64,000 nucleotides of DNA from positions 22,250 through 86,249 of the forward strand of contig CAVSHD010000008.1 of NCBI GenBank assembly GCA_963727615.1. The letters are read 5' to 3'. Both the position numbers and the translations under genes were made by a program. This document shows positions 20,126 through 30,853 of this stretch, piece by piece. Under the pieces are notes generated by a model. The model was not told the DNA's origin. It was given only the letters and a program-made list of their open reading frames with translations, and did not search any database. Origin of the DNA: an uncultured Solirubrobacterales bacterium (GTDB lineage: Bacteria; Actinomycetota; Thermoleophilia; Solirubrobacterales; 70-9). Position 1 is the first letter of the stretch; each line of letters opens with the position of its first letter.

Positions 20126-20766
20126 GTGAACCGCATCTACGAGGCGACCTGGGGGAGGGCCTTCGCGGCCCTGTACGACCGCTCGCTGAAGGGCACGGAG
20201 GACGCCGGGCTGCGGGATACGCGGAGACAGACGCTGGCCGCCGCGAGCGGCCGGACGATCGACCTCGGTGCCGGGACGGGCGCCAACCTCGGCCTCTACC
20301 CGGAGGCGGTGACCGACCTCGTCCTCGCCGAGCCCGACTCGTACATGTTGCGCAGGCTGCGGGCGAAGGTCGCCGAGACCGGCGCCGGGGCGCAGGTGGT
20401 CGCCGCCTCCGCCCGAACCTCCCGTTCGAGGACTCGAGCTTCGACACCGCCGTCTTCACCCTCGTCCTCTGCACGGTTTCCGACCCCGCCGCGGCGCTGG
20501 CCGAGACGGCCCGCGTCCTGCGCCCGGGCGGGCGACTGCTCTTCGTCGAGCACGTGCGCTCCGAGGACGAGAGGGTGGCGCGCTGGCAGGACCGCCTGGA
20601 GACGCCCTGGCGGGTCTTCGGCGACGGCTGCCACTGCAACCGGGACACGGTCGCCACGATCGAGGCCTCGCCGCTGACCGTGGAGCAGGTCGAGCGAGGC
20701 CGCCTGCCGAAGGCGCCCCCGATCCTGCGCCCGATGGCCCGCGGCAGGGCCGTCCTCACGCCCTGA
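20126..20766 (+). CDS. Class I SAM-dependent methyltransferase, frameshifted in this assembly
   Basis: TIDLGAGTGANL motif I in ORF 20126..20677. The C-terminal part (FDTAVFTLVLCTV...LRPGGRLLFVEH) lies in the frame ending at 20766. The frame switches near 20400. Confidence 0.75.
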
Positions 20767-20961
20767 GGCCTGGTCCGAATCCGCACCCTCGCCCGTCGCT
20801 CGGGCCTTTTTCCCCGGTATGGAGGGGAAGATGGCCCGAAGGGCGCCCGCCGGTCGCCGAGCAGGCGTCTCCTCAGCGAGTCAACGCACGATAATGGTGG
20901 TTATGTAAACCCAGAGCCGGAAAGGGAGAATTCCGCGCCCCCGGCGCCCCTGACCGTGCCC

Positions 20962-21726
20962 CTACCGCGCGGCTTCGATCGCGGATTCGAGTTCGGCGGC
21001 CGATTCCGGGGTGCCGACCGTTTCGAGCTTGCCGCTCGGGCCTTCGACCGCGAACGACGGCGTCCCGCTGAATCCAAGGCTTTCCGCTTCGCTCGTGGTC
21101 TTACGGACCTGTCCTTCCAGCTTCGAGCTCTTGCGTTCGCGGTTCCAGCGCCCGATGTCGCGAACGCCGGCCGCCTTGGCGACGGCGGTGAGGAATTCGT
21201 CGGTCACGTAGGGCGCCGTCTCGACTCCCTGGTTGCGATAGAAGATCTCGAGGAAGTTCCAGCCGCGGCCCTGTTCGCCGGCGGCGAGAGCAGCTGCGCC
21301 CGCCGGTTCGGACTGTTCGTCGATGATCGTGTAGTTGCGGAATTCGATCCGCGCCGAGCCGCCACGGACCTGGGAGTCGACCACGCCGGGGATCACTTCC
21401 TTGGAGAAGGCCGCGCAGACCGGGCACTTGAGGTCGCCGAACTCGATCACCTTCACCGGCGCGCCCGGGTCGCCGAGCGTCATGCCCTTCTGCGGGAGCC
21501 CCTGAAGTTCCGAGTTCACTTCGGCGACGTCGGCCAGGTTCTCGGCTTCGCCGCCGCTGCTCTTGTTGGCGTTGACGACGATCAGCACGATCACCCCGGC
21601 GAGAACCAGGAAGGCAGCCGCGCTCGCCACCTGCAGGAGCTTCTTGCGGCGCTCCTGCCCCGCGGCGGCGGCCTCGGCCTCGAGGCGCTCCTCCTTGCGC
21701 TTCTCGCGGTCCTTGCGCCCGCTCAC
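20962..21726 (-). CDS. DsbA-family thiol:disulfide oxidoreductase (membrane-anchored)
   Basis: CPVC active site (GDLKCPVCAAF) and a TM anchor. The GTG start at 21726 overlaps the VKOR stop (GTGA). Confidence 0.8.
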   Translation of the reverse strand: MSGRKDREKRKEERLEAEAAAAGQERRKKLLQVASAAAFLVLAGVIVLIVVNANKSSGGEAENLADVAEVNSELQGLPQKGMTLGDPGAPVKVIEFGDLKCPVCAAFSKEVIPGVVDSQVRGGSARIEFRNYTIIDEQSEPAGAAALAAGEQGRGWNFLEIFYRNQGVETAPYVTDEFLTAVAKAAGVRDIGRWNRERKSSKLEGQVRKTTSEAESLGFSGTPSFAVEGPSGKLETVGTPESAAELESAIEAAR

Positions 21727-22154
21727 GCCGGAGCCCCGACGTAGCGGACCATTCGCGTCGCGTTGACGATCAGCAGCACGGTCATCAGTATGGCGCTTGC
21801 CACGCACCATTGGCATACCGCTTCGATCACGAAGAGCTCCAGATAGGTCAGGAAGACGCTGTAGCCGAAGCCCGCCAGCGCCACCGCGAAGCCGGTCATC
21901 CGAGCGCCGTCGCCGCGCAGCAGCGCCGCGCCGAGCAGGATCACGTAGCCGGCCAGGCCGAAGAGGGCGATGTTGACGCCGAACAGGTGCGAGTAGGAGC
22001 TGTCGGCGACGGTCTGGCAGCCGTGGCTGCCGCCGACGCAGACCGGGCTGCCGCCGCCCGAGTCGGCGATCGCGATGTAGGTGGCGACGCCGAGGCCGAA
22101 GGCGGCCACGAAGGTCGCGACGCCGCGCAGGGCCCCCTCGCCGGACGATTTCAA
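21723..22154 (-). CDS. Vitamin K epoxide reductase (VKOR) family membrane protein
   Basis: 143 aa with four hydrophobic helices, CVGGSHGC loop cysteines and a CQWC motif. Translationally coupled to the DsbA gene. Confidence 0.75.
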   Translation of the reverse strand: MKSSGEGALRGVATFVAAFGLGVATYIAIADSGGGSPVCVGGSHGCQTVADSSYSHLFGVNIALFGLAGYVILLGAALLRGDGARMTGFAVALAGFGYSVFLTYLELFVIEAVCQWCVASAILMTVLLIVNATRMVRYVGAPA

Positions 22155-22167
22155 CGAGCCGACCCGG

Positions 22168-22530
22168 TCATCGGCTCCGCCTGCGGCCGAAGAGCCTGCC
22201 CAGCGCGCCGACCCCGCCCTCGGGGACGAGGCTCGGCCGCCCCCCCTCCGGCGGGCTGAGGCGGCCCGCCTCCTCCGCGCTCAGGGTGAGGGTGACGCCC
22301 CGCTCGGCCGTGCGGGAGACCTCGGGCGCGTCGGCGAAGCGCAGCGCGCCGCCCGCGTCCCTGAAGACGACCCCGTCGAAGATGTGCTCGCGGTGGTTGT
22401 CGAGCATCTCCCTGACGGTGCCCACCTCGGTTCCGTCGGCGGCGAAGACAGGCGTCCCCGGCGCGACGGCCGAGTAGTGGACCGCGGCGCCGTCATCGAC
22501 CGGCGGATTCGAGTCACCCTGCGCGCTCAC
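22168..22530 (-). CDS. Hypothetical protein (possibly PRC-barrel/DUF2171-like)
   Basis: 120-aa ORF of balanced composition containing ADGTEVGTVREML. Weak family guess only. Confidence 0.4.
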   Translation of the reverse strand: MSAQGDSNPPVDDGAAVHYSAVAPGTPVFAADGTEVGTVREMLDNHREHIFDGVVFRDAGGALRFADAPEVSRTAERGVTLTLSAEEAGRLSPPEGGRPSLVPEGGVGALGRLFGRRRSR

Positions 22531-22535
22531 TCGAC

Positions 22536-23384
22536 CTATTCTTGCGTGTTCGGCCGACGGGCGGCGGAGAACGCCGCGATCGCCCGCGAGAGCCGCCCGC
22601 CCTGCCAGGCGAGCGGCGAGTGGCCGGGCTCCTCCGCGATCAGCTCCGCCTCCGGCAGGTGGCGCGCGTAGGCCTCCGCCGTGGCCCGCGGGTGGCCCGG
22701 GTCGGCCTCGTCGCCACTGGCGACGACGAGGGCCGGGACGCGCAGCTCGCGGAGCTGGTCGAGCGAGTGGAACGGCCGCGACCCCGGCACCTCGCGAAGC
22801 GCCTGGGCCACCGCGCCCAGGTGCCGGTGGGCCGCCATCCGCTCGCGGGTGAAGCGAACCACCGAGTCCCGCCAGCGGGGGTCGATCCCCTGCGCCCGCT
22901 CGATGTATTCGACGAAGCCGTCGACGCCGCCCTCGTCCAGCGCCGCCGCCAGGCCGTCCCAGTACTCGAGCGACCCGGCCGCGATCGTGCCGTCGTAGAC
23001 CGGCCCGATCGCGACCAGCGCCGCGACCCGCCGCGGATGGGCAAGCGCGTAGGCGACGGCCGTGTGGGCGCCCATCGAGTGCCCGGCCAGAACCACCGCC
23101 CCCTCGCCGGCCTCGGCCTCCACCACCCGCTCGAGGTCGGCGACCAGCTGCGGGTATACATAACTCCCGGCCGGACCGGGCTCCGACTCGCCGTGGCCGC
23201 GCGCGTCGTAGGAGATCACGGAGTGGCCGGCGCGCGCGAGCGCGCGCGAGCCGTGCAGGACCTGGCGGCGGGTGGCGGTGATCCCGTGACAGAGGACGAC
23301 CGGCGGGCCCTCGCCTTCCCTCTCCCCCGCGATCCCCACCGGCCCGCCGATGGCGAACGGCTCCGGCCGGGCGGCCGACATCAC
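22536..23384 (-). CDS. Alpha/beta-fold hydrolase
   Basis: GHSMG nucleophile elbow and HG oxyanion motif (VLCHGITA). 282 aa. Confidence 0.8.
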   Translation of the reverse strand: MMSAARPEPFAIGGPVGIAGEREGEGPPVVLCHGITATRRQVLHGSRALARAGHSVISYDARGHGESEPGPAGSYVYPQLVADLERVVEAEAGEGAVVLAGHSMGAHTAVAYALAHPRRVAALVAIGPVYDGTIAAGSLEYWDGLAAALDEGGVDGFVEYIERAQGIDPRWRDSVVRFTRERMAAHRHLGAVAQALREVPGSRPFHSLDQLRELRVPALVVASGDEADPGHPRATAEAYARHLPEAELIAEEPGHSPLAWQGGRLSRAIAAFSAARRPNTQE

Positions 23385-23884
23385 TCGATGGCGGCGACGG
23401 CCCGTTCGATGTCGTCGACGGACTGGAAGGTGGCGCTCGTGCGCGAGACGTGGCGGTGGCGGATCACGCCCTCGCCGTCGATGACGAAGATCGAGCGCAT
23501 CACGTAATGGCCGTCGACGGTCTCGTCCTTCATCCCGACCAGCCGAGCCAGCGGGCCGAGCCAGCCGGTCACCCCGTAGCTGCGCGAGACGGCGATGTCC
23601 TCGTCGGCCAGCAGGGGAATGTTCAGTTCCTGCTCCCGCGCCCAGCGCTCGTGCGACTCGACCGACTGGGGTGAGATCCCGAGCACCTCGGCGTCGATCG
23701 CGTCGAGGCGCTCGGAGTCGTCCCTGTAGGAGCAGAACTGCTTCGTGCAGACGGTCGTCGCGTCACCGGGGTAGAAGGCGAGGACGACGTTGCCCCCGCG
23801 GTAATCGGCGAGCCGGTAGGCCCTGCCCTCGGTGCCGGGCAGCTCGAAGTCGGGCGCGGGGTCGCCTACGTCGGGACTGGCCAT
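23381..23884 (-). CDS. Peroxiredoxin (AhpC/TSA, Bcp-like)
   Basis: [17 protein letters not shown] active-site region. Overlaps the hydrolase start by 4 nt. Confidence 0.85.
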   Translation of the reverse strand: MASPDVGDPAPDFELPGTEGRAYRLADYRGGNVVLAFYPGDATTVCTKQFCSYRDDSERLDAIDAEVLGISPQSVESHERWAREQELNIPLLADEDIAVSRSYGVTGWLGPLARLVGMKDETVDGHYVMRSIFVIDGEGVIRHRHVSRTSATFQSVDDIERAVAAIE

Positions 23885-23918
23885 CGAGCGAAACCCTAGC
23901 GCCAGTCCGCCGTCGCCC

Positions 23919-24587
23919 TCAGGGGCGTTCGATCTCCGCCCGCTTGATGATCACCGTCTGTTTCGGTTTTTCGCTCGGGGTCCCGAGTTCACCGATCCTT
24001 TCGACGACGTCCATCCCCTCGCTGACCTTGCCGACCAGGGCGTATTCCGGGGGCAGGCCGGCGTCGGCCCCGGTGACGACGTAGAACTGGCTGCCCGAGC
24101 GCCCGGGAGGCTCGGCGGATGACTTCGCCATCGCCACCACCCCCTTCGTGTAGGCGAGGTTGGCCGGCGGCTTCTCGTCGACGCTGTAGCCGGGGCCGCC
24201 GGTGCCGTTGCCGAGCGGGTCGCCTCCCTGGATCACGAATTCGGGGACGATGCGGTGGAAGGGAAGGCCGTCGTAGAAGCCTTCTTCGACAAGGAAGGCG
24301 AACGAGTTGGTCGTCTTCGGCGCGCGCTCGGTATCGAGCGCGATCGTGAAGTCCCCGCAGGACGTTTCGATCCTGGCCGACGCCCTTTCGCCCTTCTTCA
24401 GGGTCGGCTTCGGCTTCGCGAAGCTGACCTGCTTCGGCTTTGGCTCGGGAACCTGTTCGCAGCCTTCGACCCCGGCGGTGCTCGAGCCGCCGCCGCCGCG
24501 GCCGATCAGGATCGCGGCGACGACGCCGATCGCCACCAGGGCGAAGACGGCGAGGATGATCAGGCGGCGATCCGTGCCCTGCTCCAT
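23919..24587 (-). CDS. Cyclophilin-type peptidyl-prolyl cis-trans isomerase with an N-terminal membrane anchor
   Basis: [15 protein letters not shown]...GTGGPGY...GSQFYV motifs. Confidence 0.9.
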   Translation of the reverse strand: MEQGTDRRLIILAVFALVAIGVVAAILIGRGGGGSSTAGVEGCEQVPEPKPKQVSFAKPKPTLKKGERASARIETSCGDFTIALDTERAPKTTNSFAFLVEEGFYDGLPFHRIVPEFVIQGGDPLGNGTGGPGYSVDEKPPANLAYTKGVVAMAKSSAEPPGRSGSQFYVVTGADAGLPPEYALVGKVSEGMDVVERIGELGTPSEKPKQTVIIKRAEIERP

Positions 24588-24640
24588 CGGGAGCGCAGCC
24601 TAGAGGATCGGCGCGGCCCCGGCCCTGGCATGATCGCCGC

Positions 24641-25132
24641 GTGGGCGCCCCCGACCCCCTGCTTCCCCTCGCCACGGCACTGCTGCACGCCGGTCCCGAG
24701 CCCGAAAGGGCGCTCGTGGTCGGCTGCGGCGATGGCGACGGGGCCCTCCTGCTCGCTCGTGAGTTCCCCCGCTCCAGGGTGCGCGGCGTCGACGACTCCG
24801 AGGCAGCCGTCGCGCGCGCCGCCGGCCGGGTCGGGCTGGACCCCGAGGGGAGGATCGCCTTCAAGGTCGGCGGCCGGCGCCGCCTGCCCTTCCCCGACGC
24901 CCACTTCGACCTCATCGCCCAGGCGGCCGGCCGGCCGGCCGTCGCCGAGCTGGCCAGGGTCCTGCGGCCCGGTGGGCGCCTGGTCCTGGCCGCGGAGCCG
25001 GGCGGCCGGCGCCTCCCGGGTCGCTGGTCGGCCCGCCGCCTCGCCGGGCGAGGATTCGAGAAGCTCGTCGAGGGCGAGGCGGGCGGCGGCAGCTTTTGCG
25101 TCATGGCGCTCCGCGCGCCGCTCTCGCGGTGA
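24641..25132 (+). CDS. Small class I SAM-dependent methyltransferase-like protein
   Basis: VVGCGDGDG motif I-like and LRPGGRLVLA post-motif. 163 aa. Confidence 0.55.
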   Translation: MGAPDPLLPLATALLHAGPEPERALVVGCGDGDGALLLAREFPRSRVRGVDDSEAAVARAAGRVGLDPEGRIAFKVGGRRRLPFPDAHFDLIAQAAGRPAVAELARVLRPGGRLVLAAEPGGRRLPGRWSARRLAGRGFEKLVEGEAGGGSFCVMALRAPLSR

Positions 25133-25156
25133 CCCTCCTACTAGTCTCAAGCGCCC

Positions 25157-26075
25157 ATGGCGAGCGCGGAGCGATTGGGCATCGACCCCGAGATGCCGCT
25201 GACGTTGCTGGTCAACCCCTCGTCCGGGGGAGGCCGCACGCTGAAGCTGCTGCCCCGGGTCGAGCAGGCTCTCGACCAGAGGCGGGTCGAGTTCCGGGTG
25301 CAACGCACGAAGAGCCTCGATCACGGCGTCGACCAGGCGCTCGGCGCGATCGAGGCCGGCGAGCTGCCGGTCGTGATCAGCGGCGACGGGCTGATCGGCG
25401 CGGTCGGCGGCGCCATGGCCGGATCCGAGACGCCGCTGGGGATCGTCCCCGGCGGCCGGGGCAACGACCTCGCAAGGGTGCTCGGCATCCCTGAGGATCC
25501 GGAGGCGGCCGCCAACCTGCTCCTCGACGGCGAGAGGCGGCGCATCGACGTCGGCGAGGTCAACGGCAAGCGCTTCCTCGGCATCGTCAGCGTCGGCTTC
25601 GACTCGGAAGCCAACCGAGTCGCCAACGAAACCCATTTCCTGCGTGGCAACCTGGTCTACGCCTACGCCGCGATCCGCACCCTCGTCAGCTGGAAGCCGG
25701 GGCGCTTCACGGTGCGGGTCGACGACAGCCGCGAGCGCTTCACCGGGTACTCGGTCTCGGTCGCCAACAACCGCGCCTTCGGCGGCGGCATGTTCATCGC
25801 GCCCGAGGCCGAGCTCGACGACGGAGAATTCGACGTCGTCATCGTCGGCGAGGTCGGCAAGCTGCGCTTCGTGGGTAACCTGCCGAAGGTGTTCAAGGGC
25901 ACCCACATCGAGGAGGAGCAGGTCCGCGTCTTCCGTGCCCGCCACCTCGAGCTGAGCGCCAGCCGATCCCTACCCCGTCTACGCCGACGGCGAGCACCTC
26001 ACCGACCTGCCGGCGTCGCTGCGCGTGCTGCCGCGGTCGCTCAGCGTCATCGTCCCGCCCCGGTCGGGGGCTTGA
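25157..26075 (+). CDS. Diacylglycerol/lipid kinase (DagK/YegS family), frameshifted in this assembly
   Basis: GGDGLIG and PGGRGNDLAR motifs. The last ~35 codons (PVYADGEHLTDLPASLRVLPRSLSVIVPPRSGA*) are in another frame. The switch is near 25965 and the stop is TGA 26073-26075. Confidence 0.85.
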
Positions 26076-27465
26076 GCGACCGGCGTCCGAGCGGCGGGCT
26101 GTTCGCGGCGAAGCGGGCCGTCGCCAGGTCGATCGGCGCCGCCAGCCGGGTCAGCGGCCGCGGCGGCGGGACGACCCTTCCCGGCCGCGTCCTGCTCCGC
26201 CTCGCGCCCGACGCGATCGGCCGCCTGGGCGCCGGCCTCGAGGACGGCGACCCTGGTCAGCGCCACCAACGGGAAGACGACGACGGCGGGGATGATCGCC
26301 TCGATGCTCGCCGCCGACGGCCGCCGGCCGGTCCACAACCGAGCCGGCTCGAACATGACCTGGGGCGTCGCCACGGCGCTGCTCGAGCAGCGCGGCAGCG
26401 AGGGCCTGTTCGAGGTCGACGAGGCCTGGCTGCCGCAGGTGGCCGCGGCGCTCGACCCGTCGCTGATCGTCCTCGGCAACCTCTTCCGCGACCAGCTCGA
26501 CCGCTACGGGGAGATCGAGGCACTCGCCGATGAGTGGGCCGGCGCTGGTCGCGGCGCGGGCCGGCCGCAGCCGCTTTGTCCTCAACGCCGACGACCCGCT
26601 GATCGCCGACCTCGGCCGCGACGCCGAGCAGCATCGCCGCGACGGCGTCGTCTACTTCGGGATCGAGGACGCCCGAACAGGCGCTGCCCGAGCTCCAGCA
26701 CGCCTCCGATGCCAAGCACTGCCGACGCTGCGGCCACCCCTACGCCTACGAGCGCGCCTTCCTCGGGCACCTGGGGCACTACTCCTGCCCCAACTGCGGC
26801 GCCACACGGCCGCGCCCCGACGTCGCCGCGACGAGGATCGCCCTGCACGGGATGAGCGGCTCGACGGTCGAGCTGCGCCTGCCGTGCGGCGAGCGCAGCC
26901 TCGAGCTTCCCCTCCCCGGCCTCTACAACGTCTACAACGCCCTCGCCGCGATCGCCGCCGGGCTCGAGCTCGGCGTCGGCCCGCAGCACACGGTCGACGC
27001 GCTCGCCGACGTGCGCGCCGCCTTCGGCCGGGTCGAGACGATCGAGGTCGAGGACACCCCGGTCTCGATCCTGCTGATCAAGAACCCGGCCGGCGCCAAC
27101 GAGGTCCTGCGCACGCTCGGCCTCGAGGCGGGCGGCGACGGCCTCGACCTCTGGATCGCGCTCAACGACCGGATCGCCGACGGCCGCGACGTCTCCTGGG
27201 TCTGGGACGCCGACTTCGAGCTGCTCGCCGGCGCCGTCCGCCATGTCGTCTGCGCCGGAACCCGAGCGCCGGAGATGGCGCTGCGGCTGAAGTACGCGGG
27301 CTGGCCCGAGGCCGGATCGAGGTCGAGCCGGAGATCGCCGCCTCGCTCGACCGCGCCGTCGCCGCCGCCCCCGGGCGCCTCTTCGCCCTGCCCACCTACA
27401 CCGCCCTGCTGGAGCTCCGCAAGCTGCTCGCCTCGCGCGGCCTGGCGAAGGAGTTCTGGGAGTGA
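26072..27465 (+). CDS. murT: Lipid II isoglutaminyl synthase subunit MurT (Mur-ligase family), multiply frameshifted in this assembly
   Basis: The protein is reassembled from four track ORFs. Key stretches: GRGGGTTLPGRVLLRLAPDAI, SATNGKTTTAGMIASML, the MurT Cys-rich insert HCRRCGHPYAYE...YSCPNCG, NPAGANEVL, and a C-terminus ending LAKEFWE*. Frame switches lie near 26245, 26545, 26672 and 27310. The TTG start overlaps the dagK stop (TTGA). Confidence 0.85.
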
Positions 27466-28213
27466 CACCAGGAGTGAGATCCGCCCAAGGAGCGTCCGTC
27501 ATCTGGCACGACCTCGAGTGCGGCGCCTACGTCGCCGACCTGGAGCTCTGGCGCGAGCTGGCGGCCGAGGCGGGCGGGCCGATCCTCGACCTCGGCTGCG
27601 GCACCGGCCGCGTCGCGCTCGACCTGGCCCGGGCCGGCCACCGGGTGCGTCGGGGTCGAGATCGCCCCGGAGCTGGTCGAGGCCTTCAACGCGCGCGCCG
27701 GCGGCGACGACCTGCCGGCGACGGCGACGCTCGCCGACGGCCGAGAGTTCGAGCTCGGCGGCGAGTTCGGGCTGGTCCTCGCGCCGATGCAGTTCGTCCA
27801 GGTCCTGGGCGGCGCCGCCGAGCGCCTGGCCTGCTTGCGCTGCGCCCGTCGGCACCTCCTTCCCGGGGGCCGCGTCGCGGTCGCGATCGTCGACGGAATG
27901 CCACCCGAGTTGGTCGAGGAGGCCCCCGCTCCGCTCCCCGACGTCCGCGAGCTCGACGGCTGGGTCTACTCGAGCCTGCCCCTCGAGCGCCGGCCTCGCG
28001 GAGGGGACGATCGTCGTCCGCCGCCTGCGACAGACGGTATCCCCGGCCGGGGAGCTGAGCGACCTGGTCGACGAGGTTCCGCTGCGACTGCTCGCCGCCG
28101 AGACCGTCGAAGCCGAGGGCCGCGAGGCGGGGCTCGACCCGCTGGGCCGCCGCCAGATCCCGCCGACCGACGCCCACGTCGGCTCGGTCGTCGTGCTGAT
28201 GGGGGCCGCCTGA
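27462..28213 (+). CDS. Class I SAM-dependent methyltransferase located between murT and gatD, frameshifted in this assembly
   Basis: ILDLGCGTGRVALDLA motif I and LLPGGRVAVA. Pieces lie in three frames, with switches near 27648 and 27988. The GTG start overlaps the murT stop (GTGA) and the stop overlaps the gatD ATG (TGATG). Confidence 0.75.
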
Positions 28214-28957
28214 TGGAGCTCCGCGTCCTCGCCCTCTACCCCGATCAGATGAACATCTACGCCGACCGCGGCAACATCGTCTTCCTGCGCGGCGCTGCGA
28301 GTGGCGGGGGATCGGCTTCGCATAGCCGCCGCCGGGGCCGGGGACCCGATCGACCCCGGCGCCCACGATCTCTACTACATCGGCGGCGGCCAGGATCGCG
28401 ACCAGCGCGCGGTTGCCGCCGACATGGTCGCCTCCAAGCGCCGCTCGCTGGCCGCGGCCGCCGACGACGGCGCCGTCGTGCTCGCCGTCTGCGGCGGCTA
28501 CCAGCTGCTGGGGCACAGCTACCAGCTCGGCGAGGAGGAGCTGCCGGGCCTCGGCATCGCCGACCTCGAGACCGTGCGCGAGCCGGGGCCGCGGCTGATC
28601 GGCAACGTCGCGATCGCGGCCGAGCTCGCCGGCGCGACCCGGGAGATCGCCGGCTTCGAGAACCACGGGGGCCGCACCTACCTGGGCCCCGAGGCCCGAC
28701 CCCTGGGACGCGTGCTCACCGGCTTCGGCAACAACGGCTCCGACGGCGTCGAGAGGGCGTCCGCCGGGACAACCTCTTCGGCACCTACCTGCACGGGCCG
28801 CTGCTGCCCAAGAACGCCTGGCTCGCCGACCACCTGATCTCGCTGGCGCTCACACGTCGTCACGGCTCGAGCTCCCGAGCTCGAGCCGCTGCGACGACAG
28901 GGCGCTCGCCCGCGAGCGCGCCGCCCGACCGCTCGGCCCGCATCAGCGGCCGGTTGA
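28213..28957 (+). CDS. gatD: Lipid II isoglutaminyl synthase glutaminase subunit GatD (CobQ-type GATase), multiply frameshifted in this assembly
   Basis: [43 protein letters not shown] (nucleophile Cys) and [13 protein letters not shown] motifs are spread over three frames. Switches lie near 28287, 28318 and 28750, with possibly one more near 28870. The 3' end is uncertain. Confidence 0.8.
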
Positions 28958-29370
28958 GCCGAAGCCGCCGGCGCCGCGGGCCGACTCGGTCAGCTCCTCC
29001 GCCTCCACCGGCTCGGGGAGCGCCACCGGCGCGATCACCAGCTGCGCGATCCGGTCACCGGGCTCGACCCGGAAGATCTCGGCCGGGTCGGTGTTGAGGA
29101 GCAGAACGCGGATCTCCCCACGGTAGCCGGAGTCGATCAAGCCGGGCGCTGTTGACGAGTGAGATTCCGTGCTCGCGGGCGAGCCCCGAGCGGGGCAGGA
29201 CCAGACCGGCATGGCCCTCCGGGACCTCGACCGCGACCCCGGTGCCGACGCTCCAGCGCTCCCCCGGCCCGATGTGGGCAGCCTCGCAGGCGTAGAGGTC
29301 GAGGCCGGCGTCGCCCCCGTGCCCCCTCGTCGGGAGCGTCGCGCCTCTTTCAGTTCAGAGACGTAGGTTC
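28943..29370 (-). CDS. dut: dUTP diphosphatase, frameshifted in this assembly; N-terminus unresolved
   Basis: [11 protein letters not shown] and ...GFGSTGR* in ORF 28943..29212. The upstream part (GDAGLDLYA...[16 protein letters not shown]) is in another frame, switching near 29145. A further disruption lies near 29350. Confidence 0.8.
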
Positions 29371-29380
29371 ACGTCGTCAC

Positions 29381-30795
29381 CTAACCGGCAGCTCGCACGG
29401 GTGGCCGCCTGACAGGGGCCGAGAACGTAAACCTCGCCCGCAGGCTCCTGTCAGGGACGGACCCGCGTGCCGCTGCGAGATCGTCGAACCTGTGCAGCTC
29501 GGCAACCGGAACCTTGGCCTGGACCAGGACGCCGTCGTCGCGGTCGGTGCGCTCGAGGCTGCCGGCGACCTCGTGGAGCTCGTGCAGGCGGGCGCCCTGC
29601 GTGTAGGGAATGAGCAGCTCGACCTCGGCGAGGGTCTCCTCGAAGGCCACCTCGACCCGCTCGCGCAGCGACTCGAGCCCCTCGCCGTCGGACGGCCGAG
29701 ACCAGCACCGAGTCGGGGTGGGCGAGGGCCGCCTCGTGCACCTCGTCCTCGTCGAGCAGGTCGGCCTTGTTGAGGACGAGCAGCCGCGGCTTGGTCCCGG
29801 CGCCGATCTCCTCCAGCACCGCGTCGACGGCCCGCATGTCGAGCAGCCGCCGCTCGCGCGGGCTCGGAGGCGTCGACGACGTGCAGGATCAGGTCGGCGA
29901 GGACGGTCTCCTCGAGCGTTGCCTTGAATGCCTCGACCAGCTGGTGCGGGAGCTTCTCGATGAAGCCGACCGTGTCGGTGAGCAGGTAATCGCGGCCCGA
30001 CAGCTCGAGGCTGCGCGTGGTCGGGTCGAGGGTGTGGAAGAGCCTGTCCCCGACCCCTACCTCGGCGCCCGTCAGCGCGTTGAGGAGGGTCGACTTGCCG
30101 GCGTTCGTGTAGCCGGCCAGCGCCACCCGCGGCAGCGAGGAGCGCTCGCGCCGGGCCCGCATCACGCCCCGGTTGCGCTCGAGCCTGGCCAGCCGCCTGC
30201 GCAGGGCGGAGATGCGGTCGCGGGCGAGCCGCCGATCGGTCTCGATCTGGCTCTCGCCCGGGCCCCTGGTGCCGATCCCGCCGTCCATCCTGCCCGCGCC
30301 GAGGCGCTCGAGATGGGTCCACAGCCCGCGCATGCGAGCCAGGTTGTACTCGAGCTGGGCCAGCTCGACCTGGAGCTTGCCCTCGGCCGAGTGGGCGTGG
30401 TCGGCGAAGATGTCGAGGATCACCGCCGTGCGGTCGATCACCGGGACCCCGAGCGCCGCCTCGAGGTTGCGCTCCTGGCGCGGCGCCAGCTCGTCATCGC
30501 AGGCGACCAGGTTGGCGTCGAAGGCGGCGATCTCCGCCTTCAGCTCGCTCGAGCTTGCCGCGGCCGAAATAGCGGTCGGGATCGGGCTGCGGAGCGTTGC
30601 TGGGTCGTCTCGCCGGCGGTCGCCACGCCGGCGGTGCGCAGCAGCTCCTTGAGCTCGGCCAGGGGGTCCTCGGCCTCGCTCTCCGTCGACGATCCCGATC
30701 GCCAGCGCCCGCTGGCGCGCCCGCCGGTTCGAGACGCCGGCGCCGTTGCCGGCATAGCGGCTCTGCGCGGTGCGCCCGTTTCTCGATCGGTCCAC
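29381..30795 (-). CDS. hflX: GTPase HflX, multiply frameshifted in this assembly
   Basis: [53 protein letters not shown] and LNKADL motifs are spread over at least four track ORFs (29377.., 29381.., 29451.., 30540..). Switches lie near 29690 and 29860, with two or three more between 30560 and 30700. Confidence 0.85.
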
Positions 30796-30853
30796 TCGCC
30801 GACAGTGTAGGAGGCGCCGCCCGGCGGGTGGGGATCGCTTGTAGGGTTACCCG

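Noticed and set aside
20767-20800. tRNA-like string ggtccgaatcc just after the methyltransferase stop
   Set aside because: The flanking bases cannot form a T-arm or acceptor stem. No cloverleaf could be built by eye, and no other tRNA-like features are present.
20880-20945. Locally AT-richer patch (caacgcacgataatggtggttatgtaaaccc) in the convergent intergenic region
   Set aside because: It is short, with no ORF, repeat or hairpin that I could support. It is probably just non-coding spacer between convergent genes.
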